Source of the DNA: Azolla caroliniana
Lineage: Eukaryota > Plantae > Polypodiophyta
NCBI GenBank assembly: GCA_043228905.1
Contig: JBHGNT010000039.1
Location: 186,001 to 250,000, forward strand
Length of the DNA stretch: 64,000 nt
Reading direction: 5' to 3'
The position numbers and the translations under genes are program-made. Positions 28,301 to 43,300 of the stretch are shown piece after piece (position 1 is the first letter of the stretch; each line of letters starts with the position of its first letter). The notes beneath the pieces were generated by a model. The model was given only the letters and a program-made list of their open reading frames with translations. It did not search any database and was not told the origin of the DNA.

Positions 28301-31300
28301 TTTGAACACAAAAATCCGATATCACACGAGCCAGGTATGAACATTGTAATTTACCTACTAGCTCTTCTCAACTCCCTCCTCAAATTTGGTAATTTCGTCA
28401 TGTCTCTCGACCTTAGTTTCAAAATCTTGATTTTTTTAATTCCATATCATAGCTAGCGTTGTTAGCTTCGATTCGCATGTTTGAACACAAAAATCCGATA
28501 TCACACGAGCTAGGTATGAACATTTTTATTTACTCAAGGGCTCCTCTCAACTCCCTCGTCAAGGTTGCTAATTTCGTCATGTCTCTCGACCTGAGTTTCA
28601 AAATCTTGATTTTTTAATTCCATATCATAGCTAACGTTGTTAGCTTCGATTCGCATGTTTGAACACAGAAATCCGATATCACACGAGCCAGGTATGAACA
28701 TTTTAATTTACTCAAGGGCTCCTCTCAACTCCCTCCTCAAATTTTGTAATTTCGTCATGTCTCTCGACCTGGGTTTCAAAATCTTGATTTTTTAATTCCA
28801 TATCATAGCTAGCGTTGTTAGCTTCGATTCGCATGTTTGAACACAGAAATCCGATATCACACGAGCCAGGTATGAACATTTTAATTTACTCAAGGGCTCC
28901 TCTCAACTCCCTCCTCAAATTTTGTAATTTCGTCATGTCTCTCGACCTGGGTTTCAAAATCTTGATTTTTTAATTCCATATCATAGCTAGCGTTGTTAGC
29001 TTCGATTCGCATGTTTGAACACAAAAATCCGATATCACACGAGCCAGGTATGAACATTTTAATTTACTCAAGGGCTCTTCTCAACTCCCTCCTCAAATTT
29101 GCTAATTTCGTCATGTCTCTCGACGTTAGTTTCAAAATCTTGATTTTTTAATTCGATATCATAGCTAGCGTTGTTAGCTTCGATTCGCATGTTTGAACAC
29201 AAAAATCCGATATCACACGTGCTAGGTATAACCAATTTAATTTACTCAAGGGCTCCTCTCAACTCCCTCCTCAAATTTGCTAATTTTGTCATGTCTCTCG
29301 ACCTTAGTTTCAAAATCTTGATTTTTTAATTCCATATCATAGCTAGCGTTGTTGGCTTCGATTCGCATGTTTGAACACAAAAATCCGATATCACACGAGC
29401 CAGGTATGAACATTGTAATTTACCTACTAGCTCTTCTCAACTCTGTCCTCAAATTTGCTAATTTCGTCATGTCTCTCGACCTGAGTTTCAAAATCTTGAT
29501 TTTTTAATTCCATATCATAGCTAGCGTTGTTGGCTTCGATTCGCATGTTTGAACACAAAAATCCGATATCACACGAGCGAGGTATGAACATTGTAATTTA
29601 CCTACTAGCTCTTCTCAACTCCCTCCTCAAATTTGGTAATTTCGTCATGTCTCTCGACCTTAGTTTCAAAATCTTGATTTTTTAATTCCATAGCATAGCT
29701 AGCGTTGTTAGCTTCGATTCGCATGTTTGAACACAAAAATCCGATATCACACGAGCTAGGTATGAACATTTTTATTTACTCAAGGGCTCCTCTCAACTCC
29801 CTCGTCAAGGTTGCTAATTTCGTCATGTCTCTCGACCTGAGTTTCAAAATCTTGATTTTTTTAATTCCATATCATAGCTAGCGTTGTTAGCTTCGATTCG
29901 CATGTTTGAACACAAAAATCCGATATCACACGAGCTAGGTATGAACATTTTTATTTACTCAAGGGCTCCTCTCAACTCCCTCGTCAAGGTTGCTAATTTC
30001 GTCATGTCTCTCGACCTGAGTTTCAAAATCTTGATTTTTTAATTCCATATCATAGCTAACGTTGTTAGCTTCGATTCGCATGTTTGAACACAGAAATCCG
30101 ATATCACACGAGCCAGGTATGAACATTTTAATTTACTCAAGGGCTCCTCTCAACTCCCTCCTCAAATTTTGTAATTTCGTCATGTCTCTCGACCTGGGTT
30201 TCAAAATCTTGATTTTTTAATTCCATATCATAGCTAGCGTTGTTAGCTTCGATTCGCATGTTTGAACACAAAAATCCGATATCACACGAGCCAGGTATGA
30301 ACATTTTAATTTACTCAAGGGCTCTTCTCAACTCCCTCCTCAAATTTGCTAATTTCGTCATGTCTCTCGACGTTAGTTTCAAAATCTTGATTTTTTAATT
30401 CCATATCATAGCTAGCGTTGTTAGCTTCGATTCGCATGTTTGAACACAAAAATCCGATATCACACGTGCTAGGTATGAACATTTTTATTTACTCAAGGGC
30501 TCCTCTCAACTCCCTCGTCAAGGTTGCTAATTTCGTCATGTCTCTCGACCTGAGTTTCAAAATCTTGATTTTTTAATTCCATATCATAGCTAGCGTTGTT
30601 AGCTTCGATTCGCATGTTTGAACACAAAAATCCGATATCACACGTGCTAGGTATAACCAATTTAATTTACTCAAGGGCTCCTCTCAACTCACTCCTCAAA
30701 TTTGGTAATTTCGTCATGTCTCTCGACCTTAGTTTCAAAATCTTGATTTTTTAATTCCATATCATAGCTAGCGTTGTTAGCTTCGATTCGCATGTTTGAA
30801 CACAAAAATCCGATATCACACGAGCTAGGTATGAACATTTTTATTTACTCAAGGGCTCCTCTCAACTCCCTCGTCAAGGTTGCTAATTTCGTCATGTCTC
30901 TCGACCTGAGTTTCAAAATCTTGATTTTTTTAATTCCATATCATAGCTAGCGTTGTTAGCTTCGATTCGCATGTTTGAACACAAAAATCCGATATCACAC
31001 GAGCTAGGTATGAACATTTTTATTTACTCAAGGGCTCCTCTCAACTCCCTCGTCAAGGTTGCTAATTTCGTCATGTCTCTCGACCTGAGTTTCAAAATCT
31101 TGATTTTTTAATTCCATATCATAGCTAACGTTGTTAGCTTCGATTCGCATGTTTGAACACAGAAATCCGATATCACACGAGCCAGGTATGAACATTTTAA
31201 TTTACTCAAGGGCTCCTCTCAACTCCCTCCTCAAATTTTGTAATTTCGTCATGTCTCTCGACCTGGGTTTCAAAATCTTGATTTTTTAATTCCATATCAT

Positions 31301-33630
31301 AGCTAGCGTTGTTAGCTTCGATTCGCATGTTTGAACACAAAAATACGATATCACACGAGCCAGGTATGAACATTTTAATTTACTCAAGGGCTCTTCTCAA
31401 CTCCCTCCTCAAATTTGCTAATTTCGTCATGTCTCTCGACGTTAGTTTCAAAATCTTGATTTTTTAATTCCATATCATAGCTAGCGTTGTTAGCTTCGAT
31501 TCGCATGTTTGAACACAAAAATCCGATATCACACGTGCTAGGTATGAACATTTTTATTTACTCAAGGGCTCCTCTCAACTCCCTCGTCAAGGTTGCTAAT
31601 TTCGTCATGTCTCTCGACCTGAGTTTCAAAATCTTGATTTTTTAATTCCATATCATAGCTAGCGTTGTTAGCTTCGATTCGCATGTTTGAACACAAAAAT
31701 CCGATATCACACGTGCTAGGTATAACCAATTTAATTTACTCAAGGGCTCCTCTCAACTCACTCCTCAAATTTGGTAATTTCGTCATGTCTCTCGACCTTA
31801 GTTTCAAAATCTTGATTTTTTAATTCCATATCATAGCTAGCGTTGTTAGCTTCGATTCGCATTTTTGAACACAAAAATCCGATATCACACGAGTTAGGTA
31901 TCAACATTTTTATTTACTCAAGGGTTCCTCTCAACTCCCTCGTCAAGGTTGCTAATTTCGTCATATCTCTCGACCTGAGTTTCAAAATCTTGATTTTTTA
32001 AATCCATATCATAGCTAGCGTTGTTGGCTTCGATTCGCATGTTTGAACACAAAAATCCGATATCACACGAGCCAGGTATGAACATTGTAATTTACCTACT
32101 AGCTCTTCTCAACTCCCTCCTCAAATTTGCTAATTTCGTCATGTCTCTCGACCTGAGTTTCAAAATCTTGATTTTTTAATTCCATATCATAGCTAGCGTT
32201 GTTAGCTTCGATTCGCATGTTTGAACACAGAAATCCGATATCACACGAGCCAGGTATGAACATTTTTATTTACTCAAGGGCTCCTCTCAACTCCCTCGTC
32301 AAGGTTGCTAATTTCGTCATGTCTCTCGACCTGGGTTTCAAAATCTTGATTTTTTAGTTCCATATCATAGCTAGCGTTGTTAGCTTCGATTCGCATGTTT
32401 GAACACAAAAATCCGATATCACACGAGCCAGGTATGAACATTTTAATTTACTCAAGGGCTCTTCTCAACTCCCTCCTCAAATTTGCTAATTTCGTCATGT
32501 CTCTCGACGTTAGTTTCAAAATCTTGATTTTTTAATTCCATATCATAGCTAGCGTTGTTAGCTTCGATTCGCATGTTTGAACACAAAAATCCGATATCAC
32601 ACGTGCTAGGTATGAACATTTTTATTTACTCAAGGGCTCCTCTCAACTCCCTCGTCAAGGTTGCTAATTTCGTCATGTCTCTCGACCTGAGTTTCAAAAT
32701 CTTGATTTTTTAATTCCATATCATAGCTAGCGTTGTTAGCTTCGATTCGCATGTTTGAACACAAAAATCCGATATCACACGTGCTAGGTATAACCAATTT
32801 AATTTACTCAAGGGCTCCTCTCAACTCACTCCTCAAATTTGGTAATTTCGTCATGTCTCTCGACCTTAGTTTCAAAATCTTGATTTTTTAATTCCATATC
32901 ATAGCTAGCGTTGTTAGCTTCGATTCGCATGTTTGAACACAAAAATCCGATATCACACGAGTTAGGTATCAACATTTTTATTTACTCAAGGGTTCCTCTC
33001 AACTCCCTCGTCAAGGTTGCTAATTTCGTCATATCTCTCGACCTAAGTTTCAAAATCTTGATTTTTTAAATCCATATCATAGCTAGCGTTGTTGGCTTCG
33101 ATTCGCATGTTTGAACACAAAAATCCGATATCACACGAGCCAGGTATGAACATTGTAATTTACCTACTAGCTCTTCTCAACTCCCTCCTCAAATTTGGTA
33201 ATTTCGTCATGTCTCTCGACCTTAGTTTCAAAATCTTGATTTTTTTAATTCCATATCATAGCTAGCGTTGTTAGCTTCGATTCGCATGTTTGAACACAAA
33301 AATCCGATATCACACGAGCTAGGTATGAACATTTTTATTTACTCAAGGGCTCCTCTCAACTCCCTCGTCAAGGTTGCTAATTTCGTCATGTCTCTCGACC
33401 TGAGTTTCAAAATCTTGATTTTTTAATTCCATATCATAGCTAACGTTGTTAGCTTCGATTCGCATGTTTGAACACAGAAATCCGATATCACACGAGCCAG
33501 GTATGAACATTTTAATTTACTCAAGGGCTCCTCTCAACTCCCTCCTCAAATTTTGTAATTTCGTCATGTCTCTCGACCTGGGTTTCAAAATCTTGATTTT
33601 TTAATTCCATATCATAGCTAGCGTTGTTAG
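25212..33630. repeat. 21-monomer tandem duplication (3740 bp); the second copy carries an internal 6-monomer (1069 bp) duplication
   Basis: Offset 3740: ATTCGATATC 25411/29151, CTCTGTCC 25701/29441, TAGCATAG 25951/29691. Offset 4809 (3740+1069): TTTTTTAGTT 27541/32350, GACCTAAG 28231/33040. CATAGCTAAC at 30051/31120 (1069). Confidence 0.9.
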
Positions 33631-34329
33631 CTTTGATTCGCATGTTTGAACACAAAAATCCGATATCACACGAGCCAGGTATGAACATTTTAATTTACTC
33701 AAGGGCTCCTCTCAACTCCCTCCTCAAATTTGCTAATTTCGTCATGTCTCTTGACCTGAGTTTCAAAATCTTGATTTTTTAATTCGATATCATAGCTAGC
33801 GTTGTTAGCTTCGATTCGCATGTTTGAACACAAAAATCCGATATCACACGAGCCAGGTATGAACCAATTTAATTTACTCAAGGGCTCCTCTCAACTCACT
33901 CCTCAAATTTGCTAATTTCGTCATGTCTCTCGACCTTAGTTTCAAAATCTTGATTTTTTAATTCCATATCATAGCTAGCGTTGTTAGCTTCGATTCGCAT
34001 GTTTGAACACAAAAATCGGATATCACACGAGCTAGGTATGAACATTTTAATTTACTCAAGGGCTCCTCTCAACTCCCTCCTCAAATTTGGTAATTTCGTC
34101 ATGTCTCTCGACCTTAGTTTCAAAATCTTGATTTTTTAATTCGATATCATAGCTAGCGTTGTTAGCTTCGATTCGCATGTTTGAACACAAAAATCCGATA
34201 TCACACGAGCCAGGTATGAACCAATTTAATTTACTCAAGGGCTCCTCTCAACTCACTCCTCAAATTTGCTAATTTCGTCATGTCTCTCGACCTTAGTTTC
34301 AAAATCTTGATTTTTTTAATTCCATATCA

Positions 34330-37300
34330 TAGCTAGCGTTGTTAGCTTCGATTCGCATGTTTGAACACAAAAATCCGATATCACACGTGCTAGGTATAAC
34401 CTATTTAATTTACTCAAGGGCTCCTCTCAACTCACTCCTCAAATTTTGTAATTTCGTCATGTCTCTCGACCTGGGTTTCAAAATCTTGATTTTTTAATTC
34501 CATATCATAGCTAGCGTTGTTAGCTTTGATTCGCATGTTTGAACACAAATATCCGATATCACACGAGCTAGGAATGAACATTTTAATTTACTCAAGGGCT
34601 CCTCTCAACTCCCTCCTCAAATTTGCTAATTTCGTCATGTCTCTTGACCTGAGTTTCAAAATCTTGATTTTTTAATTCCATATCATAGCTAGCGTTGTTA
34701 GCTTCGATTCGCATGTTTGTACACAAATATCCGATATCACACGAGCTAGGAATGAACATTTTAATTTACTCAAGGGCTCCTCTCAACTCACTCCTCAAAT
34801 TTGGTAATTTCGTCATGTCTCTCGACGTTAGTTTCAAAATCTTGATTTTTTAATTCCATATCATAGCTAGCGTTGTTAGCTTCGATTCGCATGTTTGAAC
34901 ACAAAAATCCGATATCACACGAGCCAGGTATGAACATTTTAATTTACTCAAGGGCTCTTCTCAACTCATTCCTCAAATTTGCTAATTTCGTCATGTCTCT
35001 CGACCTTAGTTTCAAAATCTTGATTTTTTAATTCTATATCATAGCTAGCGTTGTTAGCTTCGATTCGCATGTTTGAACACAAAAATCCGATATCACACGA
35101 GTTAGGTATCAACATTTTTATTTACTCAAGGGTTCCTCTCAACTCCCTCGTCAAGGTTGCTAATTTCGTCATATCTCTCGACCTGAGTTTCAAAATCTTG
35201 ATTTTTTAAATCCATATCATAGCTAGCGTTGTTGGCTTCGATTCGCATGTTTGAACACAAAAATCCGATATCACACGAGCCAGGTATGAACATTGTAATT
35301 TACCTACTAGCGCTTCTCAACTCCCTCCTCAAATTTGCTAATTTCGTCATGTCTCTCGACCTGAGTTTCAAAATCTTGATTTTTTAATTCCATATCATAG
35401 CTAGCGTTGTTAGCTTCGATTCGCATGTTTGAACACAAAAATCCGATATCACACGAGCTAGGTATGAACATTTTTATTTACTCAAGGGTTCCTCTCAACT
35501 CCCTCGTCAAGGTTGCTAATTTCGTCATACCTCTCGACCTGAGTTTCAAAATCTTGATTTTTTAAATCCATATCATAGCTAGCGTTGTTGGTTTCGATTC
35601 GCATGTTTGAACACAAAAATCCAATATCACACGAGCCAGGTATGAACATTGTAATTTACCTACTAGCTCTTCTCAACTCCCTCCTCAAATTTGGTAATTT
35701 CGTCATGTCTCTCGACCTTAGTTTCAAAATCTTGATTTTTTAATTCCATATCATAGCTAGCGTTGTTAGCTTCGATTCGCATGTTTGAACACAAAAATCC
35801 GATATCACACGAGCTAGGTATGAACATTTTTATTTACTCAAGGGCTCCTCTCAACTCCCTCGTCAAGGTTGCTAATTTCGTCATGTCTCTCGACCTGAGT
35901 TTCAAAATCTTGATTTTTTTAATTCCATATCATAGCTAGCGTTGTTAGCTTCGATTCGCATGTTTGAACACAAAAATCCGATATCACACGAGCTAGGTAT
36001 GAACATTTTTATTTACTCAAGGGCTCCTCTCAACTCCCTCGTCAAGGTTGCTAATTTCGTCATGTCTCTCGACCTGAGTTTCAAAATCTTGATTTTTTAA
36101 TTCCATATCATAGCTAACGTGGTTAGCTTCGATTCGCATGTTTGAACACAGAAATCCGATATCACACGAGCCAGGTATGAACATTTTAATTTACTCAAGG
36201 GCTCCTCTCAACTCCCTCCTCAAATTTTGTAATTTCGTCATGTCTCTCGACCTGGGTTTCAAAATCTTGATTTTTTAATTCCATATCATAGCTAGCGTTG
36301 TTAGCTTCGATTCGCATGTTTGAACACAAAAATCTGATATCACACTCGCTAGGTATAACCATTTTAATTTACTCAAGGGCTCCTCTCAACTCACTCCTCA
36401 AATTTGGTAATTTCGTCATGTCTCTCGACCTTAGTTTCAAAATCTTGATTTTTTAATTCCATATCATAGCTAGCGTTGTTAGCTTCGATTCGCATGTTTG
36501 AACACAAAAATCCGATATCACACGAGCCAGGTATGAACCAATTTAATTTACTCAAGGGCTCCTCTCAACTCCCTCCTCAAATTTGCTAATTTCGTCATGT
36601 CTCTCGACCTTAGTTTCAAAATCTTGATTTTTTAATTCCATATCATAGCTAGCGTTGTTAGCTTCGATTCGCATCTTTGAACACAAAAATCCGATATCAC
36701 ACGTGCTAGGTATAACCAATTTAATTTACTCAAGGGCTCCTCTCAACTCCCTCGTCAAGGTTGCTAATTTCGTCATATCTCTCGACCTGAGTTTCAAAAT
36801 CTTGATTTTTTAATTCCATATCATAGCTAGCGTTGTTGGCTTCGATTCGCATGTTTGAACACAAAAATCCGATATCACACGAGCCAGGTATGAACATTGT
36901 AATTTACCTACTAGCTCTTCTCAACTCCCTCCTCAAATTTGCTAATTTCGTCATGTCTCTCGACCTGAGTTTCAAAATCTTGATTTTTTAATTCCATATC
37001 ATAGCTAGCGTTGTTAGCTTCGATTCGCATGTTTGAACACAAAAATCCGATATCACACGAGTTAGATATGAACATTTTTATTTACTCAAGGGTTCCTCTC
37101 AACTCCCTCGTCAAGGTTGCTAATTTCGTCATACCTCTCGACCTGAGTTTCAAAATCTTGATTTTTTAAATCCATATCATAGCTAGCGTTGTTGGCTTCG
37201 ATTCGCATGTTTGAACACAAAAATCCGATATCACACGAGCCAGGTATGAACATTGTAATTTACCTACTAGCTCTTCTCAACTCCCTCCTCAAATTTGGTA

Positions 37301-40300
37301 ATTTCGTCATGTCTCTCGACCTTAGTTTCAAAATCTTGATTTTTTAATTCCATATCATAGCTAGCGTTGTTAGCTTCGATTCGCATGTTTGAACACAAAA
37401 ATCCGATATCACACGAGCTAGGTATGAACATTTTTATTTACTCAAGGGCTCCTCTCAACTCCCTCGTCAAGGTTGCTAATTTCGTCATATCTCTCGACCT
37501 GAGTTTCATAATCTTGATTTTTTAAATCCATATTATAGCTAGCGTTGTTGGCTTCGATTCGCATGTTTGAACACAAAAATCCGATATCACACGAGCCAGG
37601 TATGAACATTGTAATTTACCTACTAGCTCTTCTCAACTCCCTCCTCAAATTTGCTAATTTCGTCATGTCTCTTGACCTGAGTTTCAAAATCTTGATTTTT
37701 TAATTCCATATCATAGCTAGCGTTGTTAGCTTCGATTCGCATGTTTGAACACAAAAATCCGATATCACACGAGCCAGGTATGAACATTTTAATTTACTCA
37801 AGGGCTCCTCTCAACTCACTCCTCAAATTTGCTAATTTCGTCATGTCTCTCGACCTTAGTTTCAAAATCTTGATTTTTTAATTCTATATCATAGCTAGCG
37901 TTGTTACCTTCGATTCGCATGTTTGAACACAAAAATCCGATATCACACGAGTTAGGTATCAACATTTTTATTTACTCAAGGGTTCCTCTCAACTCCCTCC
38001 TTAAATTTGGTAATTCCGTCATGTCTCTCGACCTTAGTTTCAAAATCTTAATTTTTTAATTCCATATCATAGCTAGCGTTGTTAGCTTCGATTCGAATGT
38101 TTGAACACAAAAATCCGATTTCACACGAGCTAGGTATGAACATTTTTATTTACTCAAGGGCTCCTCTCAACTCCCTCGTCAAGGTTGCTAATTTCGTCAT
38201 GTCTCTCGACCTTAGTTTAAAAATCTTGATTTTTTTTAATTCCATATCATAGCTAGCGTTGTTAGCTTCGATTCGCATGTTTGAACACAAAAATCCGATA
38301 TCACACGAGCTAGGTATGAACATTTTTATTTACTCAAGGGCTCTTCTCAACTCCCTCGTCAAGGTTGCTAATTTCGTGATGTCTCTCGACCTGAGTTTCA
38401 AAATCTTGATTTTTTAATTCTATATCATAGCTAGCGTTGTTAGCTTCGATTCGCATGTTTGAACACAAAAATCCGATATCACACGAGCCAGGTATGAACA
38501 GTGTAATTTACTCAAGGGCTCTTCTCAACTCACTCCTCAAATTTGCTAATTTCGTCATGTCTCTCGACCTTAGTTTCAAAATCTTGATTTTTTAATTCCA
38601 TATCATAGCTAGCGTTGTTAGCTTCGATTCGCATGTTTGAACACAAAAATCCGATATCACACGAGCCAGGTATGAACAGTGTAATTTACTCAAGGGCTCT
38701 TCTCAACTCACTCCTCAAATTTGCTAATTTCGTCATGTCTCTCGACCTTAGTTTCAAAATCTTGTTTTTTTTATTCCATATCATAGCTAGCGTTGTTAGC
38801 TTCCATTCGCATGTTTGAACACAAAAATCCGATATCACACGAGCCAGGTATGAACATTTTAATTCACTCACGCGCTCTTCCAACCTCACTCCTCAAATTT
38901 GGTAATTTTTCATGTCTCTCGACTTGAGTTGCAAAATCTTGATTTTTTAATTCCATATCATAGCTAGCGTTGTTAGCTTCGTTTCGCATGTTTGAACACA
39001 AAAATCCAATATCACACGAACCAGATATGAACATTATAATTTACCTACTAGCTCTTCTCAACTCCCTCCTGAAATTTGGAAATTTCGTCATGTCTCTCGA
39101 CGTTAGTTTCAAAATCTTGATTTTTTAATTCCATATCATAGCTAGCGTTGTTAGCTTCGATTCGCATGTTTGAACACAAAAATCCGATATCACACGAGCC
39201 AGGTATGAACATTGTAATTTACCTACTAGCTCTTCTCAACTCCCTCCTCAAATTTGGTAATTTCGTCATGTCTCTCGACCTTAGTTTCAAAATCTTGATT
39301 TTTTAATTCCATATCATAGCTAGCGTTGTTAGCTTCGATTCGCATGTTTGAACACAAAAATCCGATATCACACGAGCTAGGTATGAACATTTTTATTTAC
39401 TCAAGGGCTCCTCTCAACTCCCTCGTCAAGGTTGCTAATTTCGTCATGTCTCTCGACCTGAGTTTCAAAATCTTGATTTTTTAATTCGATATCATAGCTA
39501 GCGTTGTTGGCTTCGATTCGCATGTTTGAACACAAAAATCCGATATCACACGAGCCAGGTATGAACCAATTTAATTTACTCAAGGGCTCCTCTCAACTCA
39601 CTCCTCAAATTTGCTAATTTCGTCATGTCTCTCGACCTTAGTTTCAAAATCTTGATTTTTTAATTCCATATCATAGCTAGCGTTGTTAGCTTCGATTCGC
39701 ATGTTTGAACACAAAAATCCGATATCACACGAGTTAGGTATCAACATTTTTATTTACTCAAGGGTTCCTCTCAACTCCCTCGTCAAGGTTGCTAATTTCG
39801 TCATACCTCTCGACCTGAGTTTCAAAATCTTGATTTTTTAAATCCATATCATAGCTAGCGTTGTTGGCTTCGATTCGCATGTTTGAACACAAAAATCCAA
39901 TATCACACGAGCCAGGTATGAACATTGTAATTTACCTACTAGCTCTTCTCAACTCCCTCCTCAAATTTGGTAATTTCGTCATGTCTCTCGACCTTAGTTT
40001 CAAAATCTTGATTTTTTAATTCCATATCATAGCTAGCGTTGTTAGCTTCGATTCGCATGTTTGAACACAAAAATCCGATATCACACGAGCCAGGTATGAA
40101 CATTTTTATTTACTCAAGGGCTCCTCTTAACTCCCTCGTCAAGGTTGCTATTTTCGTCATGTCTCTCGACCTTAGTTTCAAAATCTTGATTTTTTTAATT
40201 CCATATCATAGCTAGCGTTGTTAGCTTCGATTCGCATGTTTGAACACAAAAATCCGATATCACACGAGCTAGGTATGAACATTTTTATTTACTCAAGGGC

Positions 40301-43300
40301 TCCTCTCAACTCCCTCGTCAAGGTTGCTAATTTCGTCATGTCTCTCGACCTGAGTTTCAAAATCTTGATTTTTTTAATTCCATATCATAGCTAGCGTTGT
40401 TAGCTTCGATTCGCATGTTTGAACACAAAAATCCGATATCACACGAGCTAGGTATGAACATTTTTATTTACTCAAGGGCTCCTCTCAACTCCCTCGTCAA
40501 GGTTGCTAATTTCGTCATGTCTCTCGACCTGAGTTTCAAAATCTTGATTTTTTAATTCCATATCATAGCTAACGTTGTTAGCTTCGATTCGCATGTTTGA
40601 ACACAAAAATCCGATATCACACGAGCCAGGTTTGAACAGTGTAATTTACTCAAGGGCTCTTCTCAACTCACTCCTCAAATTTGCTAATTTCGTCATGTCT
40701 CTCGACCTGGGTTTCAAAATCTTGATTTTTTAATTCCATATCATAGCTAGCGTTGTTAGCTTCGATTCGCATGTTTGAACACAAAAATCTGATATCACAC
40801 GAGCCAGGTATGAACCAATTTAATTTACTCAAGGGCTCCTCTCAACTCACTCCTCAAATTTGGTAATTTCGTCATGTCTCTCGACCTTAGTTTCAAAATC
40901 TTGATTTTTTAATTCGATATCATAGCTAGCGATGTTAGCTTCGATTCGCATGTTTGAACACAAAAATCCGATATCACACGTGCTAGGTATAACCTATTTA
41001 ATTTACTCAAGGGCTCCTCTCAACTCACTCCTCAAATTTTGTAATTTCGTCATGTCTCTCGACCTGGGTTTCAAAATCTTGATTTTTTAATTCCATATCA
41101 TAGCTAGCGTTGTTAGCTTTGATTCGCATGTTTGAACACAAAAATCCGATATCACACGAGCCAGGTATGAACATTTTAATTTACTCAAGGGCTCCTCTCA
41201 ACTCCCTCCTCAAATTTGCTAATTTCGTCATGTCTCTTGACCTGAGTTTCAAAATCTTGATTTTTTAATTCCATATCATAGCTAGCGTTGTTAGCTTCGA
41301 TTCGCATGTTTGTACACAAATATCCGATATCACACGAGCTAGGAATGAACATTTTAATTTACTCAAGGGCTCCTCTCAACTCACTCCTCAAATTTGGTAA
41401 TTTCGTCATGTCTCTCGACGTTAGTTTCAAAATCTTGATTTTTTAATTCCATATCATAGCTAGCGTTGTTAGCTTCGATTCGCATGTTTGAACACAAAAA
41501 TCCGATATCACACGAGTTAGGTATCAACATTTTTATTTACTCAAGGGTTCCTCTCAATTCCCTCGTCAAGGTTGCTAATTTCGTCATATCTCTCGACCTG
41601 AGTTTCAAAATCTTGATTTTTTAAATCCATATCATAGCTAGCGTTGTTGGCTTCGATTCGCATGTTTGAACACAAAAATCCGATATCACACGAGCCAGGT
41701 ATGAACATTGTAATTTACCTACTAGCTCTTCTCAACTCCCTCCTCAAATTTGCTAATTTCGTCATGTCTCTCGACCGGAGTTTCAAAATCTTGATTTTTT
41801 AATTCCATATCATAGCTAGCGTTGTTAGCTTCGATTCGCATGTTTGAACACAAAAATCCGATATCACACGAGCTAGGTATGAACATTTTTATTTACTCAA
41901 GGGTTCCTCTCAACTCCCTCGTCAAGGTTGCTAATTTCGTCATACCTCTCGACCTGAGTTTCAAAATCTTGATTTTTTAAATCCATATCATAGCTAGCGT
42001 TGTTGGCTTCGATTCGCATGTTTGAACACAAAAATCCAATATCACACGAGCCAGGTATGAACATTGTAATTTACCTACTAGCTCTTCTCAACTCCCTCCT
42101 CAAATTTGGTAATTTCGTCATGTCTCTCGACCTTAGTTTCAAAATCTTGATTTTTTAATTCCATATCATAGCTAGCGTTGTTAGCTTCGATTCGCATGTT
42201 TGAACACAAAAATCCGATATCACACGAGCTAGGTATGAACATTTTTATTTACTCAAGGGCTCCTCTCAACTCCCTCGTCAAGGTTGCTAATTTCGTCATG
42301 TCTCTCGACCTGAGTTTCAAAATCTTGATTTTTTTAATTCCATATCATAGCTAGCGTTGTTAGCTTCGATTCGCATGTTTGAACACAAAAATCCGATATC
42401 ACACGAGCTAGGTATGAACATTTTTATTTACTCAAGGGCTCCTCTCAACTCCCTCGTCAAGGTTGCTAATCTCGTCATGTCTCTCGACCTGAGTTTCAAA
42501 ATCTTGATTTTTTAATTCCATATCATAGCTAACGTTGTTAGCTTCGATTCGCATGTTTGAACACAGAAATCCGATATCACACGAGCCAGGTATGAACATT
42601 TTAATTTACTCAAGGGCTCCTCTCAACTCCCTCCTCAAATTTTGTAATTTCGTCATGTCTCTCGACCTGGGTTTCAAAATCTTGATTTTTTAATTCCATA
42701 TCATAGCTAGCGTTGTTAGCTTCGATTCGCATGTTTGAACACAAAAATCTGATATCACACTCGCTAGGTATAACCATTTTAATTTACTCAAGGGCTCCTC
42801 TCAACTCACTCCTCAAATTTGGTAATTTCGTCATGTCTCTCGACCTTAGTTTCAAAATCTTGATTTTTTAATTCCATATCATAGCTAGCGTTGTTAGCTT
42901 CGATTCGCATGTTTGAACACAAAAATCCGATATCACACGAGCCAGGTATGAACCAATTTAATTTACTGAAGGGCTCCTCTCAACTCCCTCCTCAAATTTG
43001 CTAATTTCGTCATGTCTCTCGACCTTAGTTTCAAAATCTTGATTTTTTAATTCCATATCATAGCTAGCGTTGTTAGCTTCGATTCGCATGTTTGAACACA
43101 AAAATCCGATATCACACGTGCTAGGTATAACCAATTTAATTTACTCAAGGGCTCCTCTCAACTCCCTCGTCAAGGTTGCTAATTTCGTCATATCTCTCGA
43201 CCTGAATTTCAAAATCTTGATTTTTTAATTCCATATCATAGCTAGCGTTGTTGGCTTCGATTCGCATGTTTGAACACAAAAATCCGATATCACACGAGCC

